This document shows, piece by piece, positions 19,586 through 28,705 of a DNA stretch of 64,000 bases. The notes below the pieces were generated by a model, which was not told the origin of the DNA, made no database searches, and worked only from the letters and a program-made list of their open reading frames with translations. Where the stretch lies: NCBI GenBank assembly GCA_964575455.1, contig CAZNRX010000002.1:35539-99538 (forward strand), in the 5' to 3' direction. Position 1 is the stretch's first letter; the number at the start of each line of letters is the position of its first letter. This stretch comes from an uncultured Anaerolineales bacterium (lineage in GTDB: Bacteria > Chloroflexota > Anaerolineae > B4-G1). The position numbers were made by a program, and so were the translations under genes.

Positions 19586-19969
19586 ATGGTGAAGATCCTC
19601 GTCGCTGAGGACGAGCGAGATATCAGAGACCTGATTCGTTTCACACTCGATCTGGCCGACTTCGAGGTCGTGCTGGCCCAGGACGGCGTGGAGGCTGTTG
19701 AGGAGGCCCTGGCGGAGAGCCCCGACCTCATCCTTCTCGACGTGCGAATGCCCCGCATGTCGGGCTATGAGGCCTGCCGCCGGCTGAAGCATCATCCGTC
19801 AACCAGCGACATCCCCATCGTCTTCCTCTCGGCCAAGGGACAGGAGAGAGAGATCGAGGAGGGGATGGATTCCGGGGCGCTCGACTACATCGTCAAACCC
19901 TTCGCGCCGGACCGGCTGATTGATCAGGTCAGGGACGTTCTGCAGCGGACCGGCGCCCTACCCGGGTGA
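19586..19969 (+). CDS. Single-domain response regulator
   Basis: ILVAEDE, LLDVRMP, FLSAK, YIVKPF; 127 aa. Confidence 0.9.
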   Translation: MVKILVAEDERDIRDLIRFTLDLADFEVVLAQDGVEAVEEALAESPDLILLDVRMPRMSGYEACRRLKHHPSTSDIPIVFLSAKGQEREIEEGMDSGALDYIVKPFAPDRLIDQVRDVLQRTGALPG

Positions 19970-19999
19970 TCTTGAGGACAAGGACGGTCTGACCGAGCT

Positions 20000-20833
20000 A
20001 TGAGTGCCGTCGTCCTGAATAATGGGCTCGTCCACTACGAGGCCATCGGGCGTGGCGCAGGGCCCCTCGTCTTCGTTCACGGCTGGCTGGGATCGTGGCG
20101 CTATTGGGTGCCCGCCATGGAGCAGCTCTCCATCACCCGGCGCACGTATGCTCTTGACCTGTGGGGGTTTGGGGACTCGGACAAGCACCGCGACTACCAC
20201 GTCGCCGCGTACGTTGACCTGCTGCAGGCCTTCCTGGACGAGATGGGCATCCAGCGTGTCGCGCTGGTCGGGCACTCGCTGGGAGGGTTGGTCGCCCTTC
20301 ACCTCGCTGCCCGATCGCCGGAGCGGGTTGGGCAGGTGATGGGCGTCAGCGTCCCTCTTCTGGGGACCTCCATCGATCCCTCGTTTGCCGCATCGGTGAC
20401 CAGGCGAGACCGCCCGTCGACCCGGGTGACCGCGTCGACCCGTTCAGGCAACGGGGATGCCCTGGCCCGGTTGATCGCGCGGCGGGCCAGCTTCCCCGAG
20501 GTGGAGCGTGAGGCCCGCAAGGCGGATCTTCATGCCATCACCACCAGCGTGCGCTCGGCCTTGGAGCTCGATCTTCGCGAGGCATCTCTCCCCTCCTATG
20601 TGCCCGTCCTGCTCGTTCACGGCGAGGAGGATCCGCTCATCCAGGCGCCGCGGCCCGAGCTGCTGCGGGAGTTCGCGCCCAACGCTCGCGTCGTCTTGCT
20701 GAACGGCACCCAACACTTCCCAATGCTGGAGCAGAAAAACAAGTTCAACCGCTTGCTCATGGATTTCCTGAGAGCGGGCGGCGATCTGGATTCGCTGGAG
20801 CTGAAGGAGGAATGGCAACGGCGACTTCGCTGA
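20000..20833 (+). CDS. Alpha/beta hydrolase (paralog of 10405..11211)
   Basis: VHYEAIGRG, HGWLGSW, YALDLWGFGDS, GHSLGG, GEED, QHFPML. Confidence 0.9.
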   Translation: MSAVVLNNGLVHYEAIGRGAGPLVFVHGWLGSWRYWVPAMEQLSITRRTYALDLWGFGDSDKHRDYHVAAYVDLLQAFLDEMGIQRVALVGHSLGGLVALHLAARSPERVGQVMGVSVPLLGTSIDPSFAASVTRRDRPSTRVTASTRSGNGDALARLIARRASFPEVEREARKADLHAITTSVRSALELDLREASLPSYVPVLLVHGEEDPLIQAPRPELLREFAPNARVVLLNGTQHFPMLEQKNKFNRLLMDFLRAGGDLDSLELKEEWQRRLR

Positions 20834-20938
20834 CCGAACAGCTGGTAGGCCTGTGCCAAGGCGAGATCGCCCGCGACCCGCCGCCCCCGCCCGTTGACGT
20901 CATTGGCTCTCGTCTCTAGCCGCTGCTTCCCTCTGACC

Positions 20939-22087
20939 ATGTCCATTCACCGGTTGCTGATTGTCGCACGTAAGGAGTTCTGCCATATCACGCGTGACCT
21001 CCGGCTTCTGTTTCTTGTCACCGTCGCGCCAAGCTTTCTGTTGGTTACCCTCTCGTACGTCTTCGCCCTTGACGTTGGTCGGGTCGATCTCGCCGTGCGC
21101 GACCTCGACCAGACCACGCTTTCCCGAGATCTCGTCTCCCATATCACCGCTGATGGTGACTTTGCAGTTGTCACCTGGTTGGAAGACGTTCGGGAGGTCG
21201 AGCGTCTCTTCACCCACAGGGCGGCTGATATCGTGCTGGTCATCCCGCGAGGCTTCACCAAGACCGTCCTGCAAGGTGAGCCTGCTCAGATCCAATGTAT
21301 CGTCGATGGGGTGGATGCGATCGGCGCCAGTCAGTCCCTGGGGCTTCTTGAGAGCCGCGTCCAAGCCTCTGTCGCGCGCGCGGCGGGATCCAGGGCCGGC
21401 AGGGGCGCCGGGTCCTTAGGTGGCCGCTCTGATCCTGTTGCTACTCAGGGCCTCGCCATCAAGGAGCGCGCGTGGTACAACAAGGCGCTCAAGTCGTTGA
21501 TCAGCATGGTGCCTGGGCTGATGGCCGTGATTCTCTGCATGCCTGCCCTGGCGTTCGCCCTGGCCCTCGCTCGGGAGAAGGAGATGGGCTCCTTCGAGAG
21601 CCTCATCGTCACCCCAGTCCGCGGTGTGGAGTACTTGATCGGCAAGCTGCTGGCCTACGAGGCGGGTGGGGTTGCCAGCGGTATCTTGGCTCTGATGGTG
21701 GCCACGCTTTGGTTTCGGGTGCCTTTCCGCGGGTCCATACCCGCCTTCCTGTTGCTCACGGCCGATTACATGATAGCCAGCACTGGCATCAGCCTGGTCG
21801 TGGCCAGCCTGGTGCGGAATCAGCAGACGGCGATGTTTCTCATTCTGATGATCTTCTTCGTGCCCAGTTTCTTTCTTGCTGGTCTCCTCCGTCCGGTGGC
21901 CGAGGAGCCTATTGCGCGAGCTGTCGCCTATCTTCTGCCGTCGACCCATTTCATCAAGATCTCGCGAGGCCTGTTCCTCAAGGGCCTGAGTCTTTCCGCT
22001 CTGAGGGCGCCCGGGCTGGCGTTGCTGGGGATTGGTCTCGCCTGCCAGCTCATCAGCCTGCTGTTGTTCGATAAGAAACTGACCTGA
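20939..22087 (+). CDS. ABC-2 type transporter permease
   Basis: ARKEFCHITRD, LAREKEMGSFESLIVTP, 6 TM layout. Confidence 0.85.
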   Translation: MSIHRLLIVARKEFCHITRDLRLLFLVTVAPSFLLVTLSYVFALDVGRVDLAVRDLDQTTLSRDLVSHITADGDFAVVTWLEDVREVERLFTHRAADIVLVIPRGFTKTVLQGEPAQIQCIVDGVDAIGASQSLGLLESRVQASVARAAGSRAGRGAGSLGGRSDPVATQGLAIKERAWYNKALKSLISMVPGLMAVILCMPALAFALALAREKEMGSFESLIVTPVRGVEYLIGKLLAYEAGGVASGILALMVATLWFRVPFRGSIPAFLLLTADYMIASTGISLVVASLVRNQQTAMFLILMIFFVPSFFLAGLLRPVAEEPIARAVAYLLPSTHFIKISRGLFLKGLSLSALRAPGLALLGIGLACQLISLLLFDKKLT

Positions 22088-22140
22088 CAGAGGGAAGCTA
22101 TTCTGTCTGACCGAGAGACCAAGCACGGTGGTGGAGCGTC

Positions 22141-23241
22141 ATGATCCTGCGCATCCGAAACCTGATCCGCAAGGAGCTGATACAACTGGGGCGCGATTCG
22201 GTCCTGACGGCCTTCATCATCACCCTTCCCGTCGTCCAGCTGGTTCTTCTCGTTCGTGCCACTGCCTCAAACATCGTCGATCTGAACGTCTCTGTTGTGG
22301 ATCGTGATCGCTCCAGTGCCAGTCGCCGCGCGGTGGAGGCCCTGGGCAACATGGAGGCGTTGGAGATCTACAGTTTCTCGACGACCGTGGAGGAAGCTGG
22401 GCGTCTCCTCGATCAGGGCGATGTCATTCTTGCAGTGGTTATTCCCGAGGGCTTCTCCCAAACAGAAACGCCCTCGATTCAGCTCATCGCCGACGGCAGC
22501 AATGACCTCATAGCGGACATCGCTCTTGGCGCCGCCCGTGAGGCCCTGACCGATTTTGTCCAGGACGAGGCTCTCGGGCGAGGAGCTGGCTCGGCTCAGC
22601 TCGTCGATCTGCGCACCACCGTGCGCTACAACCCCACGTTCGACGTCAAGCTCTTCACGGTTCCCGCGCAGGTGGGCTTCATCGTCTATCAGGTGACTCT
22701 GACGGTCGCTTCGATCGGGTTGGCTCGCGAGCGCGAGTTGGGCACGCTCGAACAGCTGATCGTGATGCCCTTGACCCGACTGGAGCTGGTGATCGGCAAG
22801 GCTCTGCCGGCGTTGATCATAGGAATGGTCAACTTCCTTTCAATGCTGGGAGTGACCGTTTGGGGGTTTGGGGTACCCGTACGAGGTTCCCTCTGGCTTC
22901 TGCTCGGGTTGACGACGCTGTTTGTCGTGGCCGAGATTGGCTATGGGATCTTCATCTCCGGGATAGCCCATACACAGCAGCAGGCGATCCTGATCGTCTT
23001 CGTCCTGGCGATGGTGGACATGGCGTTCTCCGGCTATCTGGTGCCGATCAAGAACCTGCCTGCTGGGCTGCGCGTCATCTCGCGGGCGGTTCCCCTGCGC
23101 CACTACCTCACCATTCTGCGCAGTGTGATGCTCAGAGGCGCCGGGCTGAGCGCGGTGTGGCCTCACGCGGCGGCGATGCTCATTGTGGGTACACTGGTCA
23201 CCGGATTCGCAGTGCGCAATCTGAACCGCCGTTTGGATTAG
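22141..23241 (+). CDS. ABC-2 type transporter permease
   Basis: IRKELIQLGRD, LARERELGTLEQLIVMP, FSGYLVP. Confidence 0.85.
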   Translation: MILRIRNLIRKELIQLGRDSVLTAFIITLPVVQLVLLVRATASNIVDLNVSVVDRDRSSASRRAVEALGNMEALEIYSFSTTVEEAGRLLDQGDVILAVVIPEGFSQTETPSIQLIADGSNDLIADIALGAAREALTDFVQDEALGRGAGSAQLVDLRTTVRYNPTFDVKLFTVPAQVGFIVYQVTLTVASIGLARERELGTLEQLIVMPLTRLELVIGKALPALIIGMVNFLSMLGVTVWGFGVPVRGSLWLLLGLTTLFVVAEIGYGIFISGIAHTQQQAILIVFVLAMVDMAFSGYLVPIKNLPAGLRVISRAVPLRHYLTILRSVMLRGAGLSAVWPHAAAMLIVGTLVTGFAVRNLNRRLD

Positions 23242-23378
23242 GTCGTGAGTGGGGGCGGACGGCACGCTGCTTCAGCGCGTGCCCGACGTGGGGTGCGGCC
23301 TCTTGTTGACGCGCTTTTCAGCGTCTCAGCGCTCTAACGTTCAGACGCTTCGGATTAGCGAAACTGGGAGGAACTCTT

Positions 23379-24695
23379 ATGCGAGAGATCTGTGTCATAG
23401 GCGTCGGCTACGTTGGGCTGGTCACGGGAGCCTGCCTGGCCGATCTGGGCAATCACGTCGTCTGTCTCAACCGGGATCAGAAGAAGTCCGACGATCTGAA
23501 GGAGGGCATCCTGCCTATCTATGAGCCCGGCCTGGAGGAGATTGTGCGGCGCAATAATGCGGCCGGTCGGCTCCACTTCACCACATCGTACGATGAGGCG
23601 ATGGAGGACGCAGCCTTCGTCTTCATCGCCGTGGGCACGCCGTCAGGCGACAGCGGCGAGGCTAACTTGGCCTCCGTTGAGGCCGCTGCCACTGACGTCG
23701 CACGGCGTATCCATCAGCCCTTGATCATCATCAACAAGTCGACGGTGCCCATCGGCACCGGTGACTGGGTGGCCGACATCGTCACCGAGCACATGCCCGA
23801 CCCCGACATCTCCTTCTCAGTCGTCTCCAACCCGGAGTTCCTGCGCGAGGGATCGGCGGTCTACGACTGGATGAATCCCGACCGTGTGGTGCTCGGATCT
23901 ACGGATCAGGAGGCCGCCGAGCGCGTGGCTGAGCTCTACTATCCGCTCCACGCAGAGACGATCATCACCGACCTGCGCACAGCGGAGATGATCAAGTACG
24001 CCTCCAACGCCTTTCTTGCCACCAAGATATCGTTCATCAACGAGATGGCCAACGTCTGTGAGGTGCTGGGAGCAGATGTGAAGGAGGTGGCGCGAGGCAT
24101 GGGGACGGACCATCGCATCAGCCCCCACTTCCTGGGTGCCGGGATCGGCTGGGGCGGCTCGTGCTTCCCCAAGGACGTCAAGGCGCTGGCCCACATGGCG
24201 GCGACCCACGGCACCCATCCGCAGATGCTGCGGGCGGTGATGGAGATCAACTACGATCAACGCAAGCGGTTCGTGACCAAGCTCCGTGACGTTTTAGGCG
24301 GCCTGCGGGACAAGACGATCGGGCTCCTGGGGCTCTCCTTCAAGCCCAACACCGACGATATGCGGGACGCCCCCTCCGTTGAGATTATCCACTTGCTGCG
24401 GTACGAGGGAGCCAAGATCCAGGCCTATGACCCGGTGGCCATGGAGAACGCCGAGCGCATCCTGGGGGACGACGTGGCCTACTGCGAGGACCCCTACCAG
24501 GCGGCGGAGGGCGCCGACGCGCTGCTGCTCGTGGCCGAGTGGAACGAGTTCAAGCAGCTGAACATGGAACGGGTTAAGGGGCTGATGCGCGCGCCGGTGC
24601 TGCTCGATGGCCGCAATATTTATGATCCTGAGCGCATGCGGAAGCTGGGGTTCACCTACCGGGGGATGGGGCGAGGGTACAACAAGGGCGGCTAA
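23379..24695 (+). CDS. ugd: UDP-glucose 6-dehydrogenase
   Basis: [45 protein letters not shown]. Confidence 0.93.
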   Translation: MREICVIGVGYVGLVTGACLADLGNHVVCLNRDQKKSDDLKEGILPIYEPGLEEIVRRNNAAGRLHFTTSYDEAMEDAAFVFIAVGTPSGDSGEANLASVEAAATDVARRIHQPLIIINKSTVPIGTGDWVADIVTEHMPDPDISFSVVSNPEFLREGSAVYDWMNPDRVVLGSTDQEAAERVAELYYPLHAETIITDLRTAEMIKYASNAFLATKISFINEMANVCEVLGADVKEVARGMGTDHRISPHFLGAGIGWGGSCFPKDVKALAHMAATHGTHPQMLRAVMEINYDQRKRFVTKLRDVLGGLRDKTIGLLGLSFKPNTDDMRDAPSVEIIHLLRYEGAKIQAYDPVAMENAERILGDDVAYCEDPYQAAEGADALLLVAEWNEFKQLNMERVKGLMRAPVLLDGRNIYDPERMRKLGFTYRGMGRGYNKGG

Positions 24696-24727
24696 GCGGC
24701 TTGAGGTGGTGTTCATCCACGTCTCAT

Positions 24728-25822
24728 TCACCACCAGGGCATGAAGAACGTCTGCGTGTTGTCCGTCAGGCCCTCATAGGTGACGGTGACGTCGATCACG
24801 ACCCGCTCCCCCACTGGCGGTGAAGGGATATCGAAGCTAGAGCGCGTGAAACCCGCGGCGTCGGTTGGCCTTGGGGTGCACGTCATGGGTTCCGGCTGAT
24901 AGTGGACGGTCAGGGTGACCTCTGCCCCGGCGATTGGTCGCCCATCCTGGTCGTTGACGTAGATGAAGGCGGTCTGGGTCCCCGTTTGTCCTGTGATGGG
25001 ATAGCGCACCGAGGCGCTGGCCTCCAACTCCGTGGCCTTGGTGCTTGGCGCCGTTGGGCTTGGCTGGATGGGAGATGGAGGTGGCGTCCCGGGCCTGGCG
25101 CCCGCCAGGATGAGGGGCAGGAAGACTCGGTAGGGGTGGCGGTTGGGTGCTGTCTCCGGTGGCTCCCCCCGCGCGGGAGGGGGAAGCGGAACCTCGACGT
25201 CCCCCGGGACGTCGAAGCGCTCGATGTACCGCTCCCCCATGTTGGTGAGGACGATCTGTTGGCCTGGCGCTTTGCTATGGTGCCATTCCATCCGTGCGCG
25301 CTGGAAATACTGGACGATCAGGCCCTCCTCGTAGACCATCTCCGAACGAGGGTAGCCGAAGATGTCCAGGCCGCCGTGGTCGCGAAAGAAATCGAGAAAG
25401 GTGTAGGAGACCACGTGCTGGGTCTGAGGGAAGTAGTGGTGAGAGGCGTCATCGGGGTCCGGTAGCTCGTCCTGATCCGCCGGAGGGTAGATATGGCCCA
25501 GTTCGTCCACCAGCAGTCCCAGTTGCACGTCATAGGGCGGCTGGTTGTAGGGATGCTCCTCCATGCGAGCACGCTGGAAGTACTGGACGCGCAGGCCGCT
25601 GTGCGTGGGGTCGATGAAGGCCTCGGTCGTGGGATAGCCGAAGATAGGTAGGCTCCCTCGCGTCTCGAAGAAGTCCAAGAACTTGTCGCACACGTAGTGG
25701 CCTGTCTTGGGGAAGAAGCGACACCTGCCTGCTGGCACAGTCGGCGATTGCGCCACAGACGCGCCGCCGAGGAGGGCGATGCTCACGATGGTGATGATCG
25801 TCAGATAGCGGACGCTCTTCAT
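24728..25822 (-). CDS. Secreted cell-surface protein with Chloroflexi-type (YFPxTGH, LGFP-like) repeats, Pro-rich linker and Ig-like C-terminus
   Basis: Signal peptide; two FFPKTGH/YFPQTQH...FGYP...VQYFQRARME repeats. Confidence 0.7.
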   Translation of the reverse strand: MKSVRYLTIITIVSIALLGGASVAQSPTVPAGRCRFFPKTGHYVCDKFLDFFETRGSLPIFGYPTTEAFIDPTHSGLRVQYFQRARMEEHPYNQPPYDVQLGLLVDELGHIYPPADQDELPDPDDASHHYFPQTQHVVSYTFLDFFRDHGGLDIFGYPRSEMVYEEGLIVQYFQRARMEWHHSKAPGQQIVLTNMGERYIERFDVPGDVEVPLPPPARGEPPETAPNRHPYRVFLPLILAGARPGTPPPSPIQPSPTAPSTKATELEASASVRYPITGQTGTQTAFIYVNDQDGRPIAGAEVTLTVHYQPEPMTCTPRPTDAAGFTRSSFDIPSPPVGERVVIDVTVTYEGLTDNTQTFFMPWW

Positions 25823-26117
25823 TGCGGTGTCGTTGCCCCGTCTGTTAGCTCACGTGATCCGCAGGATAGAGGCGTTATCGCTCTTCAGAGTACCTGAAGC
25901 GACCCGGATCGTGCTGGCTAGAGTGTACCATCCCTTCTCTCGTTGATCTGAGCAGAGGCTTACACGTCCCTGACAACGCGCTGACGTCGCTGACAGGGGG
26001 CGACGCAGTCACCGAGGTCTCTGCGGGACATAGATATCAGCGGTTGCTGGCTCCTATTGCATGAGCGGCTGCTCGACGTTCTTGTCCAATTCGACTCTGC
26101 TCCCGTCTCCGTTGTGT

Positions 26118-26540
26118 TCACTCCGCGTGATGCCCCGCTGGCTCGCTGTCTCTTCTGGGAAGCAGGTGCTTCTCAAGCTGTGGCAGCAGGTCCGAACGGA
26201 GCTTCCAGATGCATGCGCACGCCTCCGCCCCAGCTCTCATGACGGCTCGGCGATAGGACTCGTGGTCTAGGGACACCAGGGCAAAGATCGGTGCGACGGG
26301 TTGAGCAGCCTTCATCGCACGTACGCTCTCAACGCCGTTCTTTCCCAGGTTGGAGATATCCATTAGCACCACATCCGGCGATCTAGATCGGTTCAAGAAG
26401 ACGCCGTCGCTGTAGTCGCTGGTCTCAATCAGCCGGACCTCTGGAAACGTCATAGCCAGCCAGTCGCGTAGCGAATCGAGGATCACGCTGCTTTCCTCGA
26501 TCAGCAGGAGCGATGGGCTATCCTGAGCTACGGCATCCAT
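26118..26540 (-). CDS. Atypical receiver-only protein (NarL-like REC)
   Basis: ATG 26540 after GGAGG; LLLIEES, PDVVLMDI, IWK; no output domain. Confidence 0.65.
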   Translation of the reverse strand: MDAVAQDSPSLLLIEESSVILDSLRDWLAMTFPEVRLIETSDYSDGVFLNRSRSPDVVLMDISNLGKNGVESVRAMKAAQPVAPIFALVSLDHESYRRAVMRAGAEACACIWKLRSDLLPQLEKHLLPRRDSEPAGHHAE

Positions 26541-26823
26541 CAGTAGCCTCCTCGGTGGTCGTAATGGGGCAAGAGGGGCTTGGAGCACCTTGCCCTGAGG
26601 GAGTTCCTGGAGATCCCGCGCCGCAAGCAAGTGTCTGCTCCAAGCAGGCCTCCAGCGTACCACGTCCGCCTCCTCCAGGAAAAACGTGTTGGAGCGGTGG
26701 CAGGACGCTCTCATACGACCATTATAGCACAGAGACACCGATTTGTATGTAGTTTAAGTTAGACATCTTTGTGGCGTGACTTAGACTCGGCGTGTGGCGC
26801 ATGTTTGATGGTCAGCCATTGTC

Positions 26824-27279
26824 CTATTCCAGATCTGTCAGCCCATGGCGGATGGCGAACTTGACCAGCGTCGGCATGTCGCTGATGTCGAGCTTCTTCA
26901 TCAGACGGCTGCGATAGGTGTTGACGGTGTGCACCGCTTTGACCAGTTCTTTGCCGGCTGACTCCTTCGCCACAAAGCCGCTTGCTCCAGCTTGCAGCGC
27001 GCGAAAGACGTGCTCGTTTGAAGCGTGCATCGAGAGAATGATGATACGCGTGGATGCGTGCCGGTCGTTGACTTGCTCCGTGGCCTCGATCCCGTCTAAC
27101 TCGGGCATGCCGATGTCCAGAACGGCCACGTCGGGCTGAAGGATCGTGATCTGCTTCACAGCATCCCGGCCGTTGTCAGCTTCACCGATGACTACAACGC
27201 CAGGCTCAGCGTCAAGGTAGGCTCGCAATCCCGCTCTAACGACACCGTGGTCGTCGTCAAGGAAGACAGAGATCGTCAC
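26824..27279 (-). pseudogene. NarL/LuxR response regulator with in-frame internal deletion of most of the HTH
   Basis: Complete REC joined directly (AVHTV/NTYRSRLMKKL) to the LuxR recognition helix; 151 aa. Confidence 0.7.
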
Positions 27280-27364
27280 ATCATCACCTCCACAAGCGTT
27301 ATGGTCTCCGGTCCCCTCGCCGGGCTAGTGTCTCAGGCTCGGCGGGGAATGGACGGTGTCCGGT

Positions 27365-28570
27365 CTATGGCAAGGTTGCCAGGGCTTGCTCCAGGTCCTC
27401 CAGTAGATCCTCCACAGCTTCGATGCCCACGGACATGCGCACCAGGCCCTCGCCGATTCCGATACGGGCCCGTTCCTCGGGGCTCAGCGCTCGATGGGAC
27501 GCATGGGCGGGATAGAGCAGCAGGCTGTGAACGTCGCCAAGGGTCGTGGCGGGCACACAGAGGTTGAGTGCCTCGAAGAAACGGAACACCTCGCGTTGGC
27601 CTGCACCGGCGATCTCGAACGAGACCATGCCTCCGTATCTCTGCCCTTCGAACAGCTCCTTTGCCAGCGCGTGCTGGGGATGGAAGGGCAGGCCGGGGTA
27701 GTGAACGTGCGTCACGCGAGGATGGCCCTCCAACCAGCGAGCCACGCTCGTGGCGTTGTCACAATGCTTCTGCATGCGGAGCATCAGTGTCCGCATGCCC
27801 CGCAGCGCGAGCCACGCCTGTTCGGGACCGAGGTTGCCGCCTGTCACCTTGAGCACTTCCATGAGTTCGGCCCGGAGTGCTTCAGAGGTGACCACCACGC
27901 CGCCGAGCACGTCGCCGTGCCCGGCCAGGTACTTGGTGGCGCTGTGGATCACGGCATCGGCGCCCAGGGTCAGAGGCCGGACGAGGGCAGGCGTGGCGAA
28001 GGTGCTGTCCACCAGGAAAGCGGCGCCACAGCGGTGTGCTGCGTCGGCAAGGGCGGGGAGGTTGGCCACCTTCAGCAGCGGGTTGGAGACGGTCTCTACC
28101 AGGAGGGCCACCGGTTCCAGCTCCATGCAGGTTGCCTCTACGGACTCAGGCTCGTTTGCGTCCACGAAGTGGACGGTGACGCCCTGGCTCTGCATCAACT
28201 GGCTGAGCAGGCTGTGCGTAGCGCCGTAGAGATCCTGGGCTGCCACGACGGTTGAGCCGCTGCGTGCCCCCACCGCCAGGAGGCTAGCGTGGATAGCGGC
28301 CATCCCCGAGGCGAAGGCGAGAGCTGCTTCACCCTCCTCCAGTGCGGCCACGGCGGCCTCAAACGCGGTGACCGTCGGCGTGCCGTAGCGTGCGTAGACG
28401 TATCCCTCTCGGTCTCCGGCGAAGACCTGGTCCAGAGCCTCCATTGAGGGATAGCGGTACGTCACCGATCGATGGATCGGCGGAACTGTAGGCGTGAAGC
28501 CGGCGTTCGGCAAGGGCTTCCCGGCGTGCACCGCTCGCGTCGCCAATTGCCATGCTTTGGTCGTTGCCAT
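27365..28570 (-). CDS. PLP-dependent transsulfuration enzyme (cystathionine gamma-synthase / methionine gamma-lyase family)
   Basis: YARYGTPT, FASGMAAI, ETVSNP, HSATKYLAGHGD, LVRMSVGIE. Confidence 0.9.
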   Translation of the reverse strand: MATTKAWQLATRAVHAGKPLPNAGFTPTVPPIHRSVTYRYPSMEALDQVFAGDREGYVYARYGTPTVTAFEAAVAALEEGEAALAFASGMAAIHASLLAVGARSGSTVVAAQDLYGATHSLLSQLMQSQGVTVHFVDANEPESVEATCMELEPVALLVETVSNPLLKVANLPALADAAHRCGAAFLVDSTFATPALVRPLTLGADAVIHSATKYLAGHGDVLGGVVVTSEALRAELMEVLKVTGGNLGPEQAWLALRGMRTLMLRMQKHCDNATSVARWLEGHPRVTHVHYPGLPFHPQHALAKELFEGQRYGGMVSFEIAGAGQREVFRFFEALNLCVPATTLGDVHSLLLYPAHASHRALSPEERARIGIGEGLVRMSVGIEAVEDLLEDLEQALATLP

Positions 28571-28610
28571 CCTGACCTCGCGGTTCTTGTATGTAGCTCT
28601 TCCTGCTCCC

Positions 28611-28696
28611 GGCGGGTTGCGAATCTGCCGGAGCGGATGTTTACCATTGCTCCCTCCGGATCCGCGCTCCGGAGGCTGGCGGATTGCGGATTCGCC
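28611..28696. repeat. REP/BIME-like palindrome cluster
   Basis: GGCGGGTTGCGAATCTGCC (28611-28629), CCTCCGGA-7-TCCGGAGG (28653-28675), GGCGGATTGCGGATTCGCC (28678-28696). Confidence 0.55.
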
Positions 28697-28705
28697 TTGC
28701 CCGAC

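Noticed and set aside
28571-28705. SAM riboswitch upstream of the transsulfuration gene
   Set aside because: No SAM-I core motifs recognised; the region is explained by REP-like palindromes.
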